A stretch of DNA of 64,000 bases from Felis catus (lineage: Eukaryota): assembly GCF_018350175.1 (NCBI RefSeq), contig NC_058368.1:209686001-209750000 (forward strand), read 5' to 3'. The position numbers and the translations under genes were made by a program. The notes under the pieces are model-generated. The model was not told where the DNA came from. It was given only the letters and a program-made list of their open reading frames with translations, and did no database searches. Of this stretch, positions 13,470-26,764 are shown in pieces. How positions within the stretch are numbered: the stretch's first letter is position 1; each line of letters opens with the position of its first letter.

Positions 13470-14069
13470 GAATAAGGATATTCTACACAATAACAACCAA
13501 ATAATTACACTTAACAAATTTAATTTAAATCCATTATTATCATCTAATATGCAGTCTATTTTCAAATTCTCCCAATATTATTATTATTTGGATATTCCAA
13601 TAATATTCAATATAAATCATTTTTAACTCTGCTTCAGAATCCAATCATAGATCCTACATTGCATTTAGTTGTTAAGTCTTTTTAGTTTCATTTAATCTAG
13701 AACACTTTCTCAGCCTTTTTCATCTTTCATGACATTATCTGATAGAAGGTTCTAGGCCAGTTGTTTTGCAGACTGTTCCTCAATTTGGATTACTATGACT
13801 TTTTTCTCTTATGAATAGATTCACAATAGACATTTTTTGGCAGTCATACTACATAGATAATAAGATGAAGTTTAATATATATTAGATTTTCTTAAGAAAT
13901 GTATTACCATAACTAAGTTTCATTTCAGTAATTTACATGTACATTTTAAATATTTATTTTCTTTGCTTATGATGTAATTTTGCTTAAAACTTAAATGAGA
14001 TGAAATGTACTGTAGTGTCATGAATTAGAAATTCTTTGCAGATTAGCAAATTACATATTTTCAGTGACA

Positions 14070-14282
14070 AATTTTATTTTTATTTATTTTTAGTTTATTT
14101 ATTTATTTTGAGAGAGAGTGCGTGGGAGTGAGTGTGGGACAGAGAAAGGGAGAGAGAGAGAATCCCAAACAGGCTCCACCTGGTCAGCACAGAGCCCAAT
14201 GCAGGGGCTTGAATCCATGAACCATGAGATTATGACCTGAGCCGAAGTTGGGTGCTTAACCAACTGAGCCACCCAAGTGCCC
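14070..14282 (-). mobile_element. CAN-SINE
   Basis: SINE body with T-rich tail. Confidence 0.93.
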
Positions 14283-15129
14283 TTTCAAGTGATGCGACCT
14301 AAAATGTGTGAATGTGATTGGCTTAAAATATTTATGTATTTCCTGTGTACAAGGCTGACAAATGCACTATACTATTTTTGTCTAGTTATAATGAAGTTCT
14401 AGCAATGCAAACCCTTTTCAGGGGGTTTGCTGCAATGTGGAGTAAAACTAATAAGGTGTTTGATAAGAGATGCCAAATTGTTAGTTATAGAAATAGAAAA
14501 TAGAGAAAATCTCTTGAGACAGCTTGACATTTATTTACAAAATTTTAATGTGTGCTTTATAACAATAATGGTTGTTGTTTATCGTACATGTACCTCCTAC
14601 AATTAGCACACAACCTTAAGAGGGAGATATAATTATCTACATTTTATAGGTTGAAAACAAAGCAACTTTTAGCCATTATACTAAGTTCCTTTGGTTTTAT
14701 CAGTCTATAAAAACACTCGCCTTAAGGGATGCTTAAGTGATGCTCACCTTCAGCTCTCTGTTATAGTCATTTGGAAAAGAGATGAGTCCACTGGCCACCA
14801 TTCCAGAAACTGCTTTTAAGGAAAGGAAGTATGGGAATCCAGAGACTCACTCACCTAACTTCCTTCTGGCCTTTCTCCTCTCAAGTGCAATCTAGATCTG
14901 AAGTTGCTTTCCTTTTGAAGCCACCTTGGAAGTGTTAGTCAGATGTCCCCTTCCTGGAGAAACGAACGTGTCCCCAGGATCTCGATGTACCTTATCCACA
15001 GTAAATTTGCGAAGCAGTTAATTTAAGCTAGGATAATTAAGGGTGATTGTTTTCAACTTTACTGTTAATAGAAAGTTTCCCATAGTTTTTCCTAGGCCAT
15101 TATTTTAGTTTTTCTGTGACAAGAATACC

Positions 15130-15725
15130 CACTATTAACATTATTAATTAATATTACTCTGGAATTTCTGTCAATACGACATAACTTTAGGAAAGAGAAT
15201 TTTCATTACTTACAGACATTATGATCAGATATCAGCAAACTCTACAAAATCAACTAATAATTATTGAAAATGAAAAGCTCAGATTTGAGATAAACACGTA
15301 TTTTAAAAACCCTTCCAATACACCAGTAAAAACAAGTCAGAAAACAGAACAGAAAAAAATTTCATTCAGAAGAACAATAAAAAACATAATGTACCTAGGA
15401 ATACCCACAGCATGAGATGTAAGGTAAACAGTCCATATTACTTTGTATCCAAAATAATATGATAAAGCCAAGCTATAATGTTGTTCTGATGCAAAATAGA
15501 AAGATCACTGAAACAGAATAGGAAGTAGGCAATCAACCCAGGATCTAAGAAAGAATTTAGTACATGATAAAAGAACTATCACAAGTCATTGGCAAGGGAA
15601 TGTTATTCTCACTGGGCCTTTAACAGTGGATTAACATTGAAAAAGAATCAGTATTGTTTCTAAACCAGTACTGTAAACCAAAATACACTTTGCATGGTTT
15701 AGAATGAGATGTAAAAGTTAAAACA
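15130..15725 (+). mobile_element. Ancient L1 ORF2 (reverse transcriptase) remnant
   Basis: SLLTDIMI (cf. SLFADDMI) and ISFRRTIKNIMYLGI (cf. IPFTIATKRIKYLGI) in and around ORF 15221-15415. Confidence 0.7.
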
Positions 15726-16269
15726 CACATACACACAACAAACCACAACACTTAAGTAAAGTGGCACCTAAGGACACATCATTATGGTGGCTATGTTAGG
15801 CTACGTTAATGGTACCAGTGGAGAACAGTTACAAAGGAACTCTTTGTGGAGATTGGAACATAAGAGCCCAAGGGCCAGCAAGCTGAGGGGATTGTCACCT
15901 GGGTGGCTCCTCAAGGAAGAACGTCTTGGGAGAGCTGGCCCTTGGAGGAGGTATCACATTTGGGTTGTTGCAGAAGAGGGTAACACATCCAGGCAATGGC
16001 ACACTAGTAAAATTATGGTGACAAAAAAAGCCAGGCATTGGGGAAAAAGTGATGCCCCAGGAAGGGGATGGAAGCTCCGGGAGGGTGGAGATTTGCATTT
16101 GCTTTGTTCGCTGCCGACCCCCCAGGCCCCTGGTGCTCAGGAAACCCAGTGAAACAATGGCTGTTGTTGGGGAGCAGCCAGTCCGTGGGCCAGAGGTTCA
16201 CTCTGCACGTAGGGATTTTGAGACCTTGAGAAGTCTCTGGGCGGCGACCACCCACAGGTGAATGGCGTA

Positions 16270-17150
16270 AAAAGAGATAAGATGTAGGCATTTGTAAGTA
16301 TAAAAGCAATGAGCGAAAATAAGAAAGAAAAGGTGAAGAGAGTTTTAAAAAAGAGCTTTTGAAAGATCTGTATTTTGCAAAGTGTATAAATCGAATCGGA
16401 AGGCAAATAAATGGAAAAATAACAAAAAGGGATAAGGTCAGTACATTGGAGATCTCCAAAAACTATTAAGACACGAGGATTTATCAATAAATGGACAGGG
16501 AAATGAAAATTTTCACAAAGGAACAATTACAAATGACTGACATTTGAAAGAATTCATTTTCTTGATCATAAAAACAAATTTAAAATAATATATTAACTAC
16601 TTCTACCTCTTTTTAAAAATTAACTAGTAAATGTTAATAAGGATGGTCAACTTTTCAGGAAAGTAATCTACAAACATGTTCAGAGGGCTTTAGATTGTTC
16701 ATATGTTTTCATTCCTAGGATCTGTTACACTCCTAACTAGAAGCTTTATTAAGGAACCCAGAAATGCTGGCAAAGCTTTCATCCAAAGAGTTTCTTCTCA
16801 GTGTTATTTACATAATAAAAAAGAAAAAAATCTATATAAGTAATAATATGGGAAATAATGTTATCCACATAACAATAATAAGTATATAGAAATAGAAATA
16901 TAAAATATGTAAAAATAAGTAATAATATTATCCACATAATTAAAGTAATAAAAATGTTTTCAAACAATTTTAATGAGTTGGAAATAAGTCATTGTAATAT
17001 AAAATAAAAGCAAGATGCGAATTTTAAAAAAACTGATTGATGCCAACGTGCATTCTAAACTCCAAGATGGGTGTGTGTGTGTGTGTATGTGTGTGTTTTT
17101 ATTATGAAAAAAGAATAAACTTAAATTTACATCTTTGTACAACTAATTTT
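16270..17150 (+). mobile_element. Ancient L1 3' remnant (L1ME-like)
   Basis: A-rich; aataaatggacagggaaatgaaaattttcacaaag resembles the L1 ORF2 3' region. Confidence 0.5.
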
Positions 17151-17459
17151 TGCTGTTTTCCCTGGGAGAGTCTTTTATGTCTTGAATAGAGCTCTGAGGA
17201 TAGTTTTATTTTTCTTGTTTATCATTCTGTTCTTCAATAAAAAGTATTAATTTAGTGTAATATAAACAGTTATACCAACAGCCGAGATGGCTAAGAAAGA
17301 AAGCTGCTATTTACATTCTCTTCCTTAAGAGTGTTATGTTTGCTTTGGCTAAATTGCCACTTTGGCAAATTATCATTTTTTTTTTTTTTGCATTTATCCA
17401 TGTAAAAAGTGATGTATAAATTTAAAGAAGTAAAGACTTAATATTAACTTCCACTTTTT

Positions 17460-17671
17460 TTTTTCAACGTTTTTTATTTTATTTTTGGGACAGAGAGAGA
17501 CAGAGCATGAACGGGGGAGGGGCAGAGAGAGAGGGAGACATAGAATCGGAAACAGGCTCCAGGCTCTGAGCCATCAGCCCAGAGCCTGATGCGGGGCTCG
17601 AACTCACGGACTGCGAGATCGTGACCTGGCTGAAGTCGGACGCTTAACCGACTGCGCCACCCAGGCGCCCC
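17460..17671 (-). mobile_element. Young SINEC_Fc-type SINE
   Basis: CpG-rich body; perfect TSD taacttccacttttt at 17445-17459 and 17672-17686. Confidence 0.98.
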
Positions 17672-18849
17672 TAACTTCCACTTTTTAAGTCAAATTCTGA
17701 AATAAGCATAGTAATGATTAGAATATTTTTACTTTATTATAGAAATATCTTTAAAACAAACGATGGTTAGATTAATAATATTAAAGTAAACATTGAAGGC
17801 AGGAACTCCAGTGAACTCTCTTATCATTAGCGCTTAGTTGTCAAAACGCTTTTATAATAGGAGTAATTTTTTGTTCATACTTCACCCAGAGTCTGATTTT
17901 AATTTCAGCATGATCTTCTCTCTATGCCTGATGTGTTAGAACAGCCAGATTTTAAGAATGAACAAATGGAGCGTGTGAAAAATTTGCTTGAAAACTACTA
18001 CTAAAAGATTTCTCCAAATGTTTGGCTAAGCGATCTGATGGAGGCAGTTCTGGGGAGAAGAGGACTTCTGGACATGAGTGTGCTCCTGAAGAATCAGAAA
18101 ACCAGGGTCTAACAAGTGATGCAAGTGCTATGATTCACTCACTCACTTAATTTGACGATTTAAAACTGTGATAAAAGGCAGGCAAAATGTGGTGTCAAAT
18201 TCAAAACAAAGTGTGGTGATCTGCCTTGTTTTCAACTTGTTGCTCTCTGATGAAAACACTTTTCCACAAGCAACACTGATGAGCAGATGGTGCTAATAAG
18301 ACCAATTAAGTGCTAAGCTTCTGGAAATGTTTTTGTTGAGTGACATCTTCAGACTGTTTTCTGCTAACATACATCTTGAGCCATGTGTTTCTAAGGTACA
18401 ATAGCATTAATACTTATGGTCACTGGAATTTTCATTTTTAAGAATACGGACTCAGACAAGACAGAAAAAACAAAAAACAAAAAAAACCACCAAAACCTTC
18501 TGCCCCAATTCCAAAGACAGTATGTGAAATTGAGTGATGAGATTCTAACACTTTTGGGACTCTGGGGGGATTAGTCTAGGTCACTCGTTTCCAGTAACTG
18601 GTGCATGAAGAAATTTTCTCTAGTCTGCAATGAAGAAAAAAAAACCATAAAGAACCCCCCAAAAGTAATGAATTTGGGGGGGGATACTTTTTCTCTTTTC
18701 CCTCTTAACTTTTACTTTTTTTCCTTGAAAGTCATTGATCTTATTGTTTTATTGATTTCTATCTACATAATATATTTTATTTGGATGACAGGTAAATAGA
18801 ATTGAATTAATCATAATATGTTGTCATCATTGATCCATAAGTGATCCTT

Positions 18850-19067
18850 CTTTATTTTCTTTCTTTTTTTTTTTTAATATTTATTCGTTTTTGAGAGACA
18901 GAGCGCAAGCGGGATAGGGCAGAGAGAGAGGGAGACACAGAATTCAAAGCAGGCTCTAGGCTCTGAGCTCTAAGCACAGAGCCTGATGCTGGGCTTGAAC
19001 TCATGAACCGTGAGATCACGACCTGAGCCGAAGTCGTGAGCCGACCGACCGAGCCTCCCAGGTGCCC
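18850..19067 (-). mobile_element. CAN-SINE (tandem pair, copy 1)
   Basis: SINE body and tail. Confidence 0.94.
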
Positions 19068-19069
19068 CT

Positions 19070-19115
19070 TTATTTTCTTTATTTTACTTTTATTCATTTA
19101 TTTATTTGTTTGTTT

Positions 19116-19146
<31 letters not shown>

Positions 19147-19341
19147 AGGTTTATTTATTTTGAGAGAGAGTGCATGAACAAGGGAGGCGCAGAGAGAGAG
19201 AGGGAGAGAGAGAATCTCGAGCAGGCTCCACACTGTCAGTACTGAGCCCAATATGGGGCTTGATTTCACAAACTATGAGATCATGACCTGAGCCGAGATC
19301 AAGAGTCATATGCTTAAGTGACTGAGCCACCCAGGTGCCCC
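19070..19341 (-). mobile_element. CAN-SINE (tandem pair, copy 2) with (TTTA)n tail
   Basis: SINE body and tail. Confidence 0.94.
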
Positions 19342-19489
19342 AAGTTTTATTTTTTACATTTACTTTTACTTACCACTCCTCCCACAAAAAGGTGGGATGA
19401 TGGATAGTCACCAAGCCAAGAACCAAAGTACTACTGATAATTTACATCTACCTAAATATTCTTTTCTTATCTCAACTCCCTGCCTTGTC

Positions 19490-19718
19490 TCCCTCCCCCA
19501 AGTATATGTTGCCTTTTCCCTGCATGTGTGCATTTCCAAATTTCTCCTTTGTATAAGAACAGCGGTCATATTGGATTGAGGCCCACTCTAATGACCTCAT
19601 TTTAACTTGATTAAGCCCTGCAAAGACTCTGTCTCCAAATTAGGTCACGTTCTGAGATACTGGAGGTTAGGACTTCAACATATGAATTTGGGGGCATACA
19701 GTTCAATCCATAATAACA
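19490..19718 (-). mobile_element. MaLR LTR fragment (MLT1B/C-like)
   Basis: gtcatattggattgaggcccactctaatgacctcattttaacttg...ggttaggacttcaacatatgaattt. Confidence 0.85.
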
Positions 19719-19864
19719 GAGAACTTACTTTTTGTTTATTACTATCGAGTTAACAGTGAGCCCCTCTTGAAAAAGTTCATAGAGGATTGGTTCAAGTCCT
19801 TTCCCAGAAAGGAAAATGAGGGGAAAGATAACAAGGAATAATGGGAAAAAAGAAATTTAATAGT

Positions 19865-20278
19865 GGGTAATTTTTGCCTGCCCAGAATGTTTTTCTTCTT
19901 CTTTTGGTAATATCACCTTGATTTTGTAAATGGGGACCAAAATGGAGTATTCTATGCTACTATGCAGTGTTACTAGAATAAGGATGGCTACAAGACCTAT
20001 CATGGACCGATTCATGTTTTTTGGAGCTGTTATTGGAGCTCTTTAGAGAATAGTGTGCTCTCTCTTCAGGGGTTGCTGGTGGCCAACTTTGACACCTCTT
20101 GAAAAGGACCTAAGTCAACATGGGAGAAAATAGAACTGAAAGATGGAGCAAGGTGGAATTGAGTCATCATCTTGAGTTCGTAGATTCAGCCAGAGTCTTC
20201 TAAGTTAAATGAGCTGATAAATTCCCTTTTTGTGTTAGGTTGGGCTTCTGTTATTTGTAACCAAGAGTCTTAACAGAT
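19865..20278 (+). mobile_element. Old MaLR LTR (MLT1K/L-like)
   Basis: gagctgataaattcccttttt...gttgggcttctgttatttgtaaccaagagtcttaac 3' end. Confidence 0.6.
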
Positions 20279-20849
20279 GCTCATTTAGTTTTTGAGGAAA
20301 GGTAATAAGAAAGAGACAATTACATAAGTGAGATAACTTGACACATGCTCCAAGTGAGCACATAAATAACAGGATAGTTCTAAGTCTCCCTAAAATGGGC
20401 TAATATATTGTCTCCCTCCTTTTTCTCTTTCACTGATTACCTAAGAGCCTCACTTTTTGACCCCGTTTGGATTATGGGGTTTTTGTTTTGTTTTGTTAAA
20501 TGTGCTTTCATATTCTTATTATTCCTTCCTCTCCAAAAATAATCTAGTGAGAAGGAAAACACCCAGATTGTCTATAAATGGCTGGGCCTGAGCATCACTG
20601 ATGAGTTTTTATTCATGTGTACTTATTAAATATTTTACTATTAAAATGTGCTCAGAAATTCCATATTTATTTAAGGAAGTGTATTAATCTGTGGGTAGCT
20701 GCTAACTTACAAACAGGTTGTAGCCTAGAAATTTGCTAAAAAGAAAAGGCAGGAGTTCAGAATACATCTTCCCACAGAAATAATATTATGTAATGTGATT
20801 ACATACCCAAATTAGCAAACAAGTCTCTTAAGCTATAGGGCAATTATGG

Positions 20850-20968
20850 AGAGAGTAGGATGTGTGCTGGATAAGAACTTGCTTCCTGGATCCAGGCTGC
20901 CTGAGTTCAAATCCCAGCTTTGCCATTTATGCCACTTACAAGTTTGTCCTTGTGCAAGTTATACCCAC
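20850..20968 (+). mobile_element. MIR fragment
   Basis: ctgcctgagttcaaatcccagctttgccattt...gtccttgtgcaagtta. Confidence 0.75.
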
Positions 20969-20984
20969 TAGAATACTTAGTTAA

Positions 20985-21875
20985 AAAGATTGAAGGTACC
21001 AAATTTGACACCAACTATTAGAGAGGAGGTGAGGCAATAGGAACTTTGATACACTGATGGTGGGAATGAAAATTGGCACAACCACTTTGGAAACTGTTGG
21101 CAGTTTCTTAAAAAATTAAGTACAGGGGCGCCTGGGTGGCGCAGTCGTTAAGCGTCCGACTTCAGCCAGGTCACGATCTCGCGGTCCGTGAGTTCGAGCC
21201 CCGCGTCGGGCTCTGGGCTGATGGCTCGGAGCCTGGAGCCTGTTTCCGATTCTGTGTCTCCCTCTCTCTCTGCCCCTCTCCCGTTCATGCTCTGTCTCTC
21301 TCTGTCCCAAAAATAAATAAACGTTGAAAAAAAAAAAATTAAGTACATACTTACTATGTGATACAGCCATCCTACTCCCAAGAAAAATGAACGTATATTT
21401 TCACATAAAGATTTGTACATTAATGTTCATAATGACTTTTTGGTAATAGTCTCAAACTGTTAACAGTCGAAAATTTTATCAAGAGCTGAACGGAGAAACA
21501 AATTGTTGTCCATCTACACAATGGAATATTACTTGGCAATAGAAAGGAACAAACTATTGATACATGCTACAACATGGATAAGTCTCAAAGTAATTATTCC
21601 TAGTGAAAGAAACCCGACAAAAATAGTACTTATTGTAGGAATCTGTTTGTATAAAATTCTAGAAAAAAACCCTAATTTATAATGATAAAAAGGAAATTGG
21701 GGTTGCTTGGGGATGGGGATGGGTAGTAGAGGGGATTGGATTACAAAGTGGAGGGAGGAACTTTTGGGGATGATGTATTCATATGTCATGGGGGTATTCA
21801 TATATCAATATTCATCAGATGGTACACTTTACATTTGTGGTGTTCATTGTATATTAATTATTCTTAATAAAAGTA
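20985..21875 (+). mobile_element. L1 3' end (L1MB/MC-like)
   Basis: gatggtgggaatgaaaattggcacaaccactttggaaa; catgctacaacatggataagtctcaaa. Confidence 0.88.
21125..21332 (+). mobile_element. Young SINEC_Fc-type SINE inside L1
   Basis: CpG-intact; perfect TSD aaaaattaagtaca. Confidence 0.98.
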
Positions 21876-22384
21876 TTTTTATTATACCTCATAAAATATA
21901 TTTTTGAAAGGTTCTTTTGTTGCTATTTATGCTTTCTAATTCCTGGAAAGTCTGAAAAATGAAGTATTAACATTGTACTTCGCTCCCCCATTTTTTACTA
22001 AAACAATAACAATAACAAAAATTCACACTACAACAAACTAGAAAGCAAACAACTCCTCCTGTTTTTTAAATGAAAATTTAAAACTGTAAAAGGCAAAAAA
22101 TAGAAATTTATTTCATAAATCGTATCAGCCCATACCAACATTTTATAAATGCAACATATTAAGATATTAGGCACTGTTATTCTATGCTCAACCATATTCT
22201 CATATTTTATAAACCAAATAACAGAAGTCTTGTACTAGTAAAACATTTCAGCTTTTAATGACACATTTTAGGAATATTAAAATGCCACGAAAACAGAGCC
22301 CTTCTAGATTATAGTTTAATAGCTCGAACACTCTTTGCTGACACATTAGTTGCTGGTAATTAGTCAGTTAATCAAAAAAGTGGT

Positions 22385-22645
22385 CAATGCAGTGAGTAGT
22401 AAACGAGCCCTAGAGATCTAACACACAGTGTGGTGAGTATAGACAATACTGTATTATAACCATCAAATTTGCTAAGACTAGATTTTAATTATTCCAACTA
22501 CTAAAAAGAAATGGTAATTATGTGATGTGATGGAGGTGCTACAATGGCAATCATATTACAATATACAGATGTATCAAATTAACATGATGTACACCTTAAA
22601 TTTACACAGTGTTACGTATCAAATATATTTCAATTTTTTTAAAAA
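22385..22645 (+). mobile_element. L1 3' terminal fragment
   Basis: aatggtaattatgtgatgtgatggaggtg...gtacaccttaaatttacacagtgttacgtatcaaatatatttcaat. Confidence 0.85.
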
Positions 22646-23302
22646 GTGGCTGAAGGGAGAAGAAAATAATACCAAAAGATACATAACATCTCTTAAAACT
22701 AAGGTTTGCATTTTGTGCGTTCATTCACCAAATCTTCAGGGGAACTAAGTTCTTTTCTTTGATTTTTGGTTCCCGATTAGAAGTTTTGAATTTTTCCTTT
22801 TTTTTTTTTTTTTTTTTTTTTGCACAAATCACATTCATTTGCAGTACCTTCAATTTTATAGTTCCTATTTCATTATCTTGGAAATAGAATATAAAGACAT
22901 TGCAGAACTGTCTGAGGGCACAATCTTTCTGGATTTTTACAACTAAAGATTTTTTTTTTTTTTTACAATTGCCTCACTTGCATGTAATTTGATAATTTTT
23001 TTTAGCAACTCACTTTTTAAGCATTTTTAAGCATTTGACTTAGTTTTCATAGAATTGGAGTCTAACTCACTTGCACTCGCATTTCTCATTTTATGTAATA
23101 TTTAGTTGAATTATATAATTATAATTAGTACAACTGGCATCAGCAGACTTGAGGATAAACGGCTGACTCTCGGTTAGCATGAAACCTCAAATGTAGAACC
23201 AGGTTTCCTAGGCTTGAGCATTCAGAGCCTTAGGGATATCAATCAATATGTTTTACTCTTAAGCTATTGTTTAGAGAATTCATTTGAAACACTTTAATTT
23301 TA

Positions 23303-23533
23303 GGGGCGCCTGGGTGGTGCAGTCGGTTAAGCGTCTGACTTCAGCTAGGTCACGATCTCGCGGTCCGTGAGTTCGAGCCCCGCGTCGGGCTCTGGGCTGA
23401 TGGCTCAGAGCCTGGAGCCTGTTTCCGATTCTGTGTCTCCCCCTCTCTCTGCCCCTCCCCCGTTCATGCTCTGTCTCTCTCTGTCCCAAAAATAAATAAA
23501 CGTTGAAAAAAAAAATTAAAAAAAAAAAAAAAA
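23303..23533 (+). mobile_element. Young SINEC_Fc-type SINE
   Basis: Perfect 17-bp TSD gaaacactttaatttta at 23286-23302 and 23534-23550; long A tail. Confidence 0.98.
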
Positions 23534-24619
23534 GAAACACTTTAATTTTATACTCTGTGTCTTTTATGTAAAAAGGTAAAGTCCAAAGAAAAGATGGTGT
23601 AGTCACAGAAAAGTCAAGGATGGCAGTAATTTTAAAGAAAAATTCACAGAATAAGACGACAAAGCAACATGCTAGAAGAGGGGATGTATTAGAGTTATAA
23701 TTGTGAAAGAAGTAAATATCACATTAGTGAAATACTAACTACATCAGCATTTTGGAGAGGCTTATAGAATCTCAGGGGAAATAATAGCCAAAATTCCAGA
23801 CCCTATATTACTAATTCTAAATACAGAAACAATGACTTTCATGTATTACAAAAGCAATGAATGTGTCACTGTGACTATTTCAGTTAAGTAATAAAAATAA
23901 AAGCATGATTTTTATATTGCTTATCAGTCCTTCCACCTCATCTAGTTATGCATTTTCTACACCAATTTATGACTGCATTTGTATTTTCTACTATTATATT
24001 TTCTATTACAGGTTATATGGCAGTTTTGTCTCTGAAATTTCCTGTGGAATTACACAAAAGAAAAATGGCAGACCTTGCATCAATGGTTAGTTTATCATTT
24101 TTATCAATCTCTGAGGGGATTCCTAGGAAATATAATTATGCAGTTAGACTAAGAACTTGCCGTATAGCATGTGAATACAGAAGAAAACTAACTACCCATG
24201 GAAATTTCTTGAAAGACTGCCAGTGCCCTAAAAGGTGCAAAACTGGTAAAATAAATATTTATTTGGCATGTATAATTTCCATAGCTGGATTAGTGAGTAA
24301 TAAAATACACACTGGTTCAGTGACTAATGTTTCTATCTCTTCCTACTTTAACTGTACAACTGCTTATTCTAATAACACAGAGTGTGTTATTAGAGATAAT
24401 AACACATAAAGAGATAAACAAGGTAAGTGGAATCCTTTTATCTATATTCCAACTGATATTCTAGAAGACTATGCCATTCAATTTTGAACAAAAATGGAAA
24501 ACAGTAAATTGTTTTTGTTTTTTCTAAATTTCTATTTAGTTGCATCCTTGATAACAAATAAAGCATCAGTGTACTGGAATTTTTATCTACATGTATTCCT
24601 TTTTAAAACTTTTTTTTGG

Positions 24620-25605
24620 TATTTTTTATTGTGGTAAAACATACATAACATAAAAGTCACCATTGTAATTATTTTGAAGTGCAAATTTGGTGGCATTAAG
24701 TACATTCACAATGCTGTGCACCCATTACTGCTTTTCTATTTCCGGAACTTTTTTTTTATCATCCCAAACAGAAGCTTCATATCATTGAAATGATAAGTCC
24801 CCACTTCCCCCTGTTCTTAGCTTCTGATAACCTCTATTATCCTTTCTGTCTCTATGGACCTGCTTATTCTAAGTACCTCATGTAAGTGAAATCATATAAT
24901 ATTTGTCCTTTTGTGTCTGGCTTATTTCACATAGCATAATCCTTTGTAGGTTCATCCATGATGTAGCATGTATTAAAATTTCATTCCTTTTTAGGGCTAA
25001 ATAATATTCCATTATAACACACACACGCGCACACACACACACACACATACACACACAATTGTGTTTATTCATCTATCTGTTAATGCACATGAGAGTTTTT
25101 CCACATTTCAGCTGTTGTGAACAATGCTACTATTAACATTGGTGTATCTGTTCAAGTCCCTACTTTTAAAAAAATTTTAAGTAGGTTTCACACCCAGCAT
25201 GGAACTAAATGTGGGGCTTGGAATCACATCCCTGAGCTCAAGACCCGAGCTGAGATCCAGAGTCAGATGCCTAACTGACTAAGTCACCCAGGTGCCCCCA
25301 AGTTTCTACTTTCTTTTGTTTATATACCTGGGAATAGAATTGCTAGGTCATATGGTAATTCTGTGTTTAATTTTTGAGAAACCACCACACTGTTTTCACA
25401 GTGGCTGCACAATTTTAAATTCCTATCAGCAAGGCATAGGGTTCAAATTTCTCCATATCCTGTGCCAACACTTGTTATTTTCCATTTTTTTAAATAGTCA
25501 TCCTAATGGGTGAGAATTCTCTCACTGTGGCTTTGATTTGAATCTCTCTAATGATTAGTGATGTTGAGCATCTTTCTATGTTTTATTGGCCATTTGTATA
25601 TCTTC
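24620..25605 (-). mobile_element. L1 3' end (L1MB-like) with (CA)n and an inserted short SINE at ~25165-25298
   Basis: ttttattgtggtaaaacatacataacataaaa, ggcattaagtacattcacaatg, tttgtccttttgtgtctggcttatttcac. Confidence 0.92.
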
Positions 25606-25739
25606 AGCTAGCTCAGTTTGCTTGACTGGGTTAGGGGATGCAGGTGACTCAGGCCTTCACTCGAGAGGTTGGAGTCATGATCACCCACTGAGGACTATGG
25701 CTGCTGCAATCACCTGTTCATAACTATTTCTAGGTAACA

Positions 25740-26734
25740 CCAAGAGATGCCCTCATGAATCCCAAACATTATCCTGCCTATCTTCTCCTGGTAATCAGGG
25801 TTTATTTTCTCTAACAGTAGAGTAACCTCTTTCTTTGACTGCTGGCCCACTGGTATGGGGAGCCCAGAGAGACTGGTTGGTAATCAGAATTTCTAGCTCA
25901 GTGAAATTCTTACTGTGTTCTCCAGCAGAAGTGCTCTCTTGAGAATGAGAATCTAATCTGACAAAATGTAGAGTTTCAGAGAAGGAAAGCACAGAATCTG
26001 AAAATATGTCACTGATCATGGTAGTGAAAGAGATTGATCTCACTTCTTGTTTTCTGGATCTACGTATTCCAACCACAGGGGACATAGCACTATTTATAGA
26101 GCTCTGATTTAAAGCTTTCACTACAGTTCAGGCGCTGTGCTCTCCCCCACCCCCCTTCCCAAAATATTGGCCTTGAATTGGAGAGTTACTCGAGCCTATA
26201 AAAGTTTATTTAACCATCTAATAAGCTAGATGCTTTGGAGTAAAGAGGTATGTGCTAAAACTAAGGAATCTAGTGCTCATGTGCCCACTGACATACCGCA
26301 TATGCCATAAGATGGGTCCCTTCATTAGAGGGGACAGTTGTGTCAGTTGCTGTGCTGATAGACCAGTCATTCTATACGCCTCTGAAACTGTTCCCCCCAC
26401 CCCATCCCTCAGCCAACATAGTGAATCAGAAGTAATACCACAGTCCAGAGAAAATGCAATGTCTAGTGCCTCCAACAATAGTTAAAGAATTCAAGAATAG
26501 AGAAGTCCCTAAAAAGCCTTTCAAATAAAAACATTTCAGGCTACGACCACAATCATTATAATTAACATTACCACCATTAAGTATCATCCTTACTGCATAT
26601 TCCAACACTTCGCTTCACCCACACTTCACCTCAATCTTTCACAACTGAGAGTCTCAGGAATTGCAGTGGGGTCTTACCGCTGTCTCTGATCGATCCAGTT
26701 GCCAAATCCCATCCTAAGCACCTGTCTTCTACGA
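25740..26734 (-). mobile_element. ERV-L class internal region (leader and decayed gag 5' part)
   Basis: Directly downstream of a Leu PBS; ATG GGA TTT GGC AAC TGG (MGFGNW) at 26712-26695 resembles the ERV-L gag start; GGNVNYNDCG and LLLEALD pieces follow. Confidence 0.6.
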
Positions 26735-26749
26735 CTACTCCTGGTACCA
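26735..26749 (-). promoter_or_regulatory. Retroviral primer-binding site (tRNA-Leu)
   Basis: Minus strand TGGTACCAGGAGTAG, complementary to the tRNA-Leu(TAA) 3' end ...CCACTCCTGGTACCA as recalled, adjacent to LTR sequence. Confidence 0.75.
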
Positions 26750-26764
26750 GTGGTCTGGGTTTAA

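Larger units (their letters stand above)
12650..13860 (-). mobile_element. Old L1 3' end (L1MC-like) hosting three SINEs
   Basis: agaaaagttgaaagaatagtaca, attaacattttgcc, cattgcatttagttgt..gtctttttagt motifs of L1MC 3' UTR. Confidence 0.75.

Noticed and set aside
14407..14430. Hairpin gcaaacccttttcagggggtttgc resembling a histone stem-loop or terminator
   Set aside because: Only the inner ccct-tttc-aggg matches. The GG...CC base pairs are missing and no histone ORF lies upstream.
15760..16265. GC-richer insert with overlapping 120-150 aa ORFs
   Set aside because: There is no recognisable protein or CpG island. It is probably an unclassified old repeat between L1 pieces.
16855..16940. Repeated TTATCCACA (DnaA-box-like) in AT-rich DNA
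   Set aside because: This is mammalian sequence, and the repeat is a small local duplication inside a decayed L1 region.
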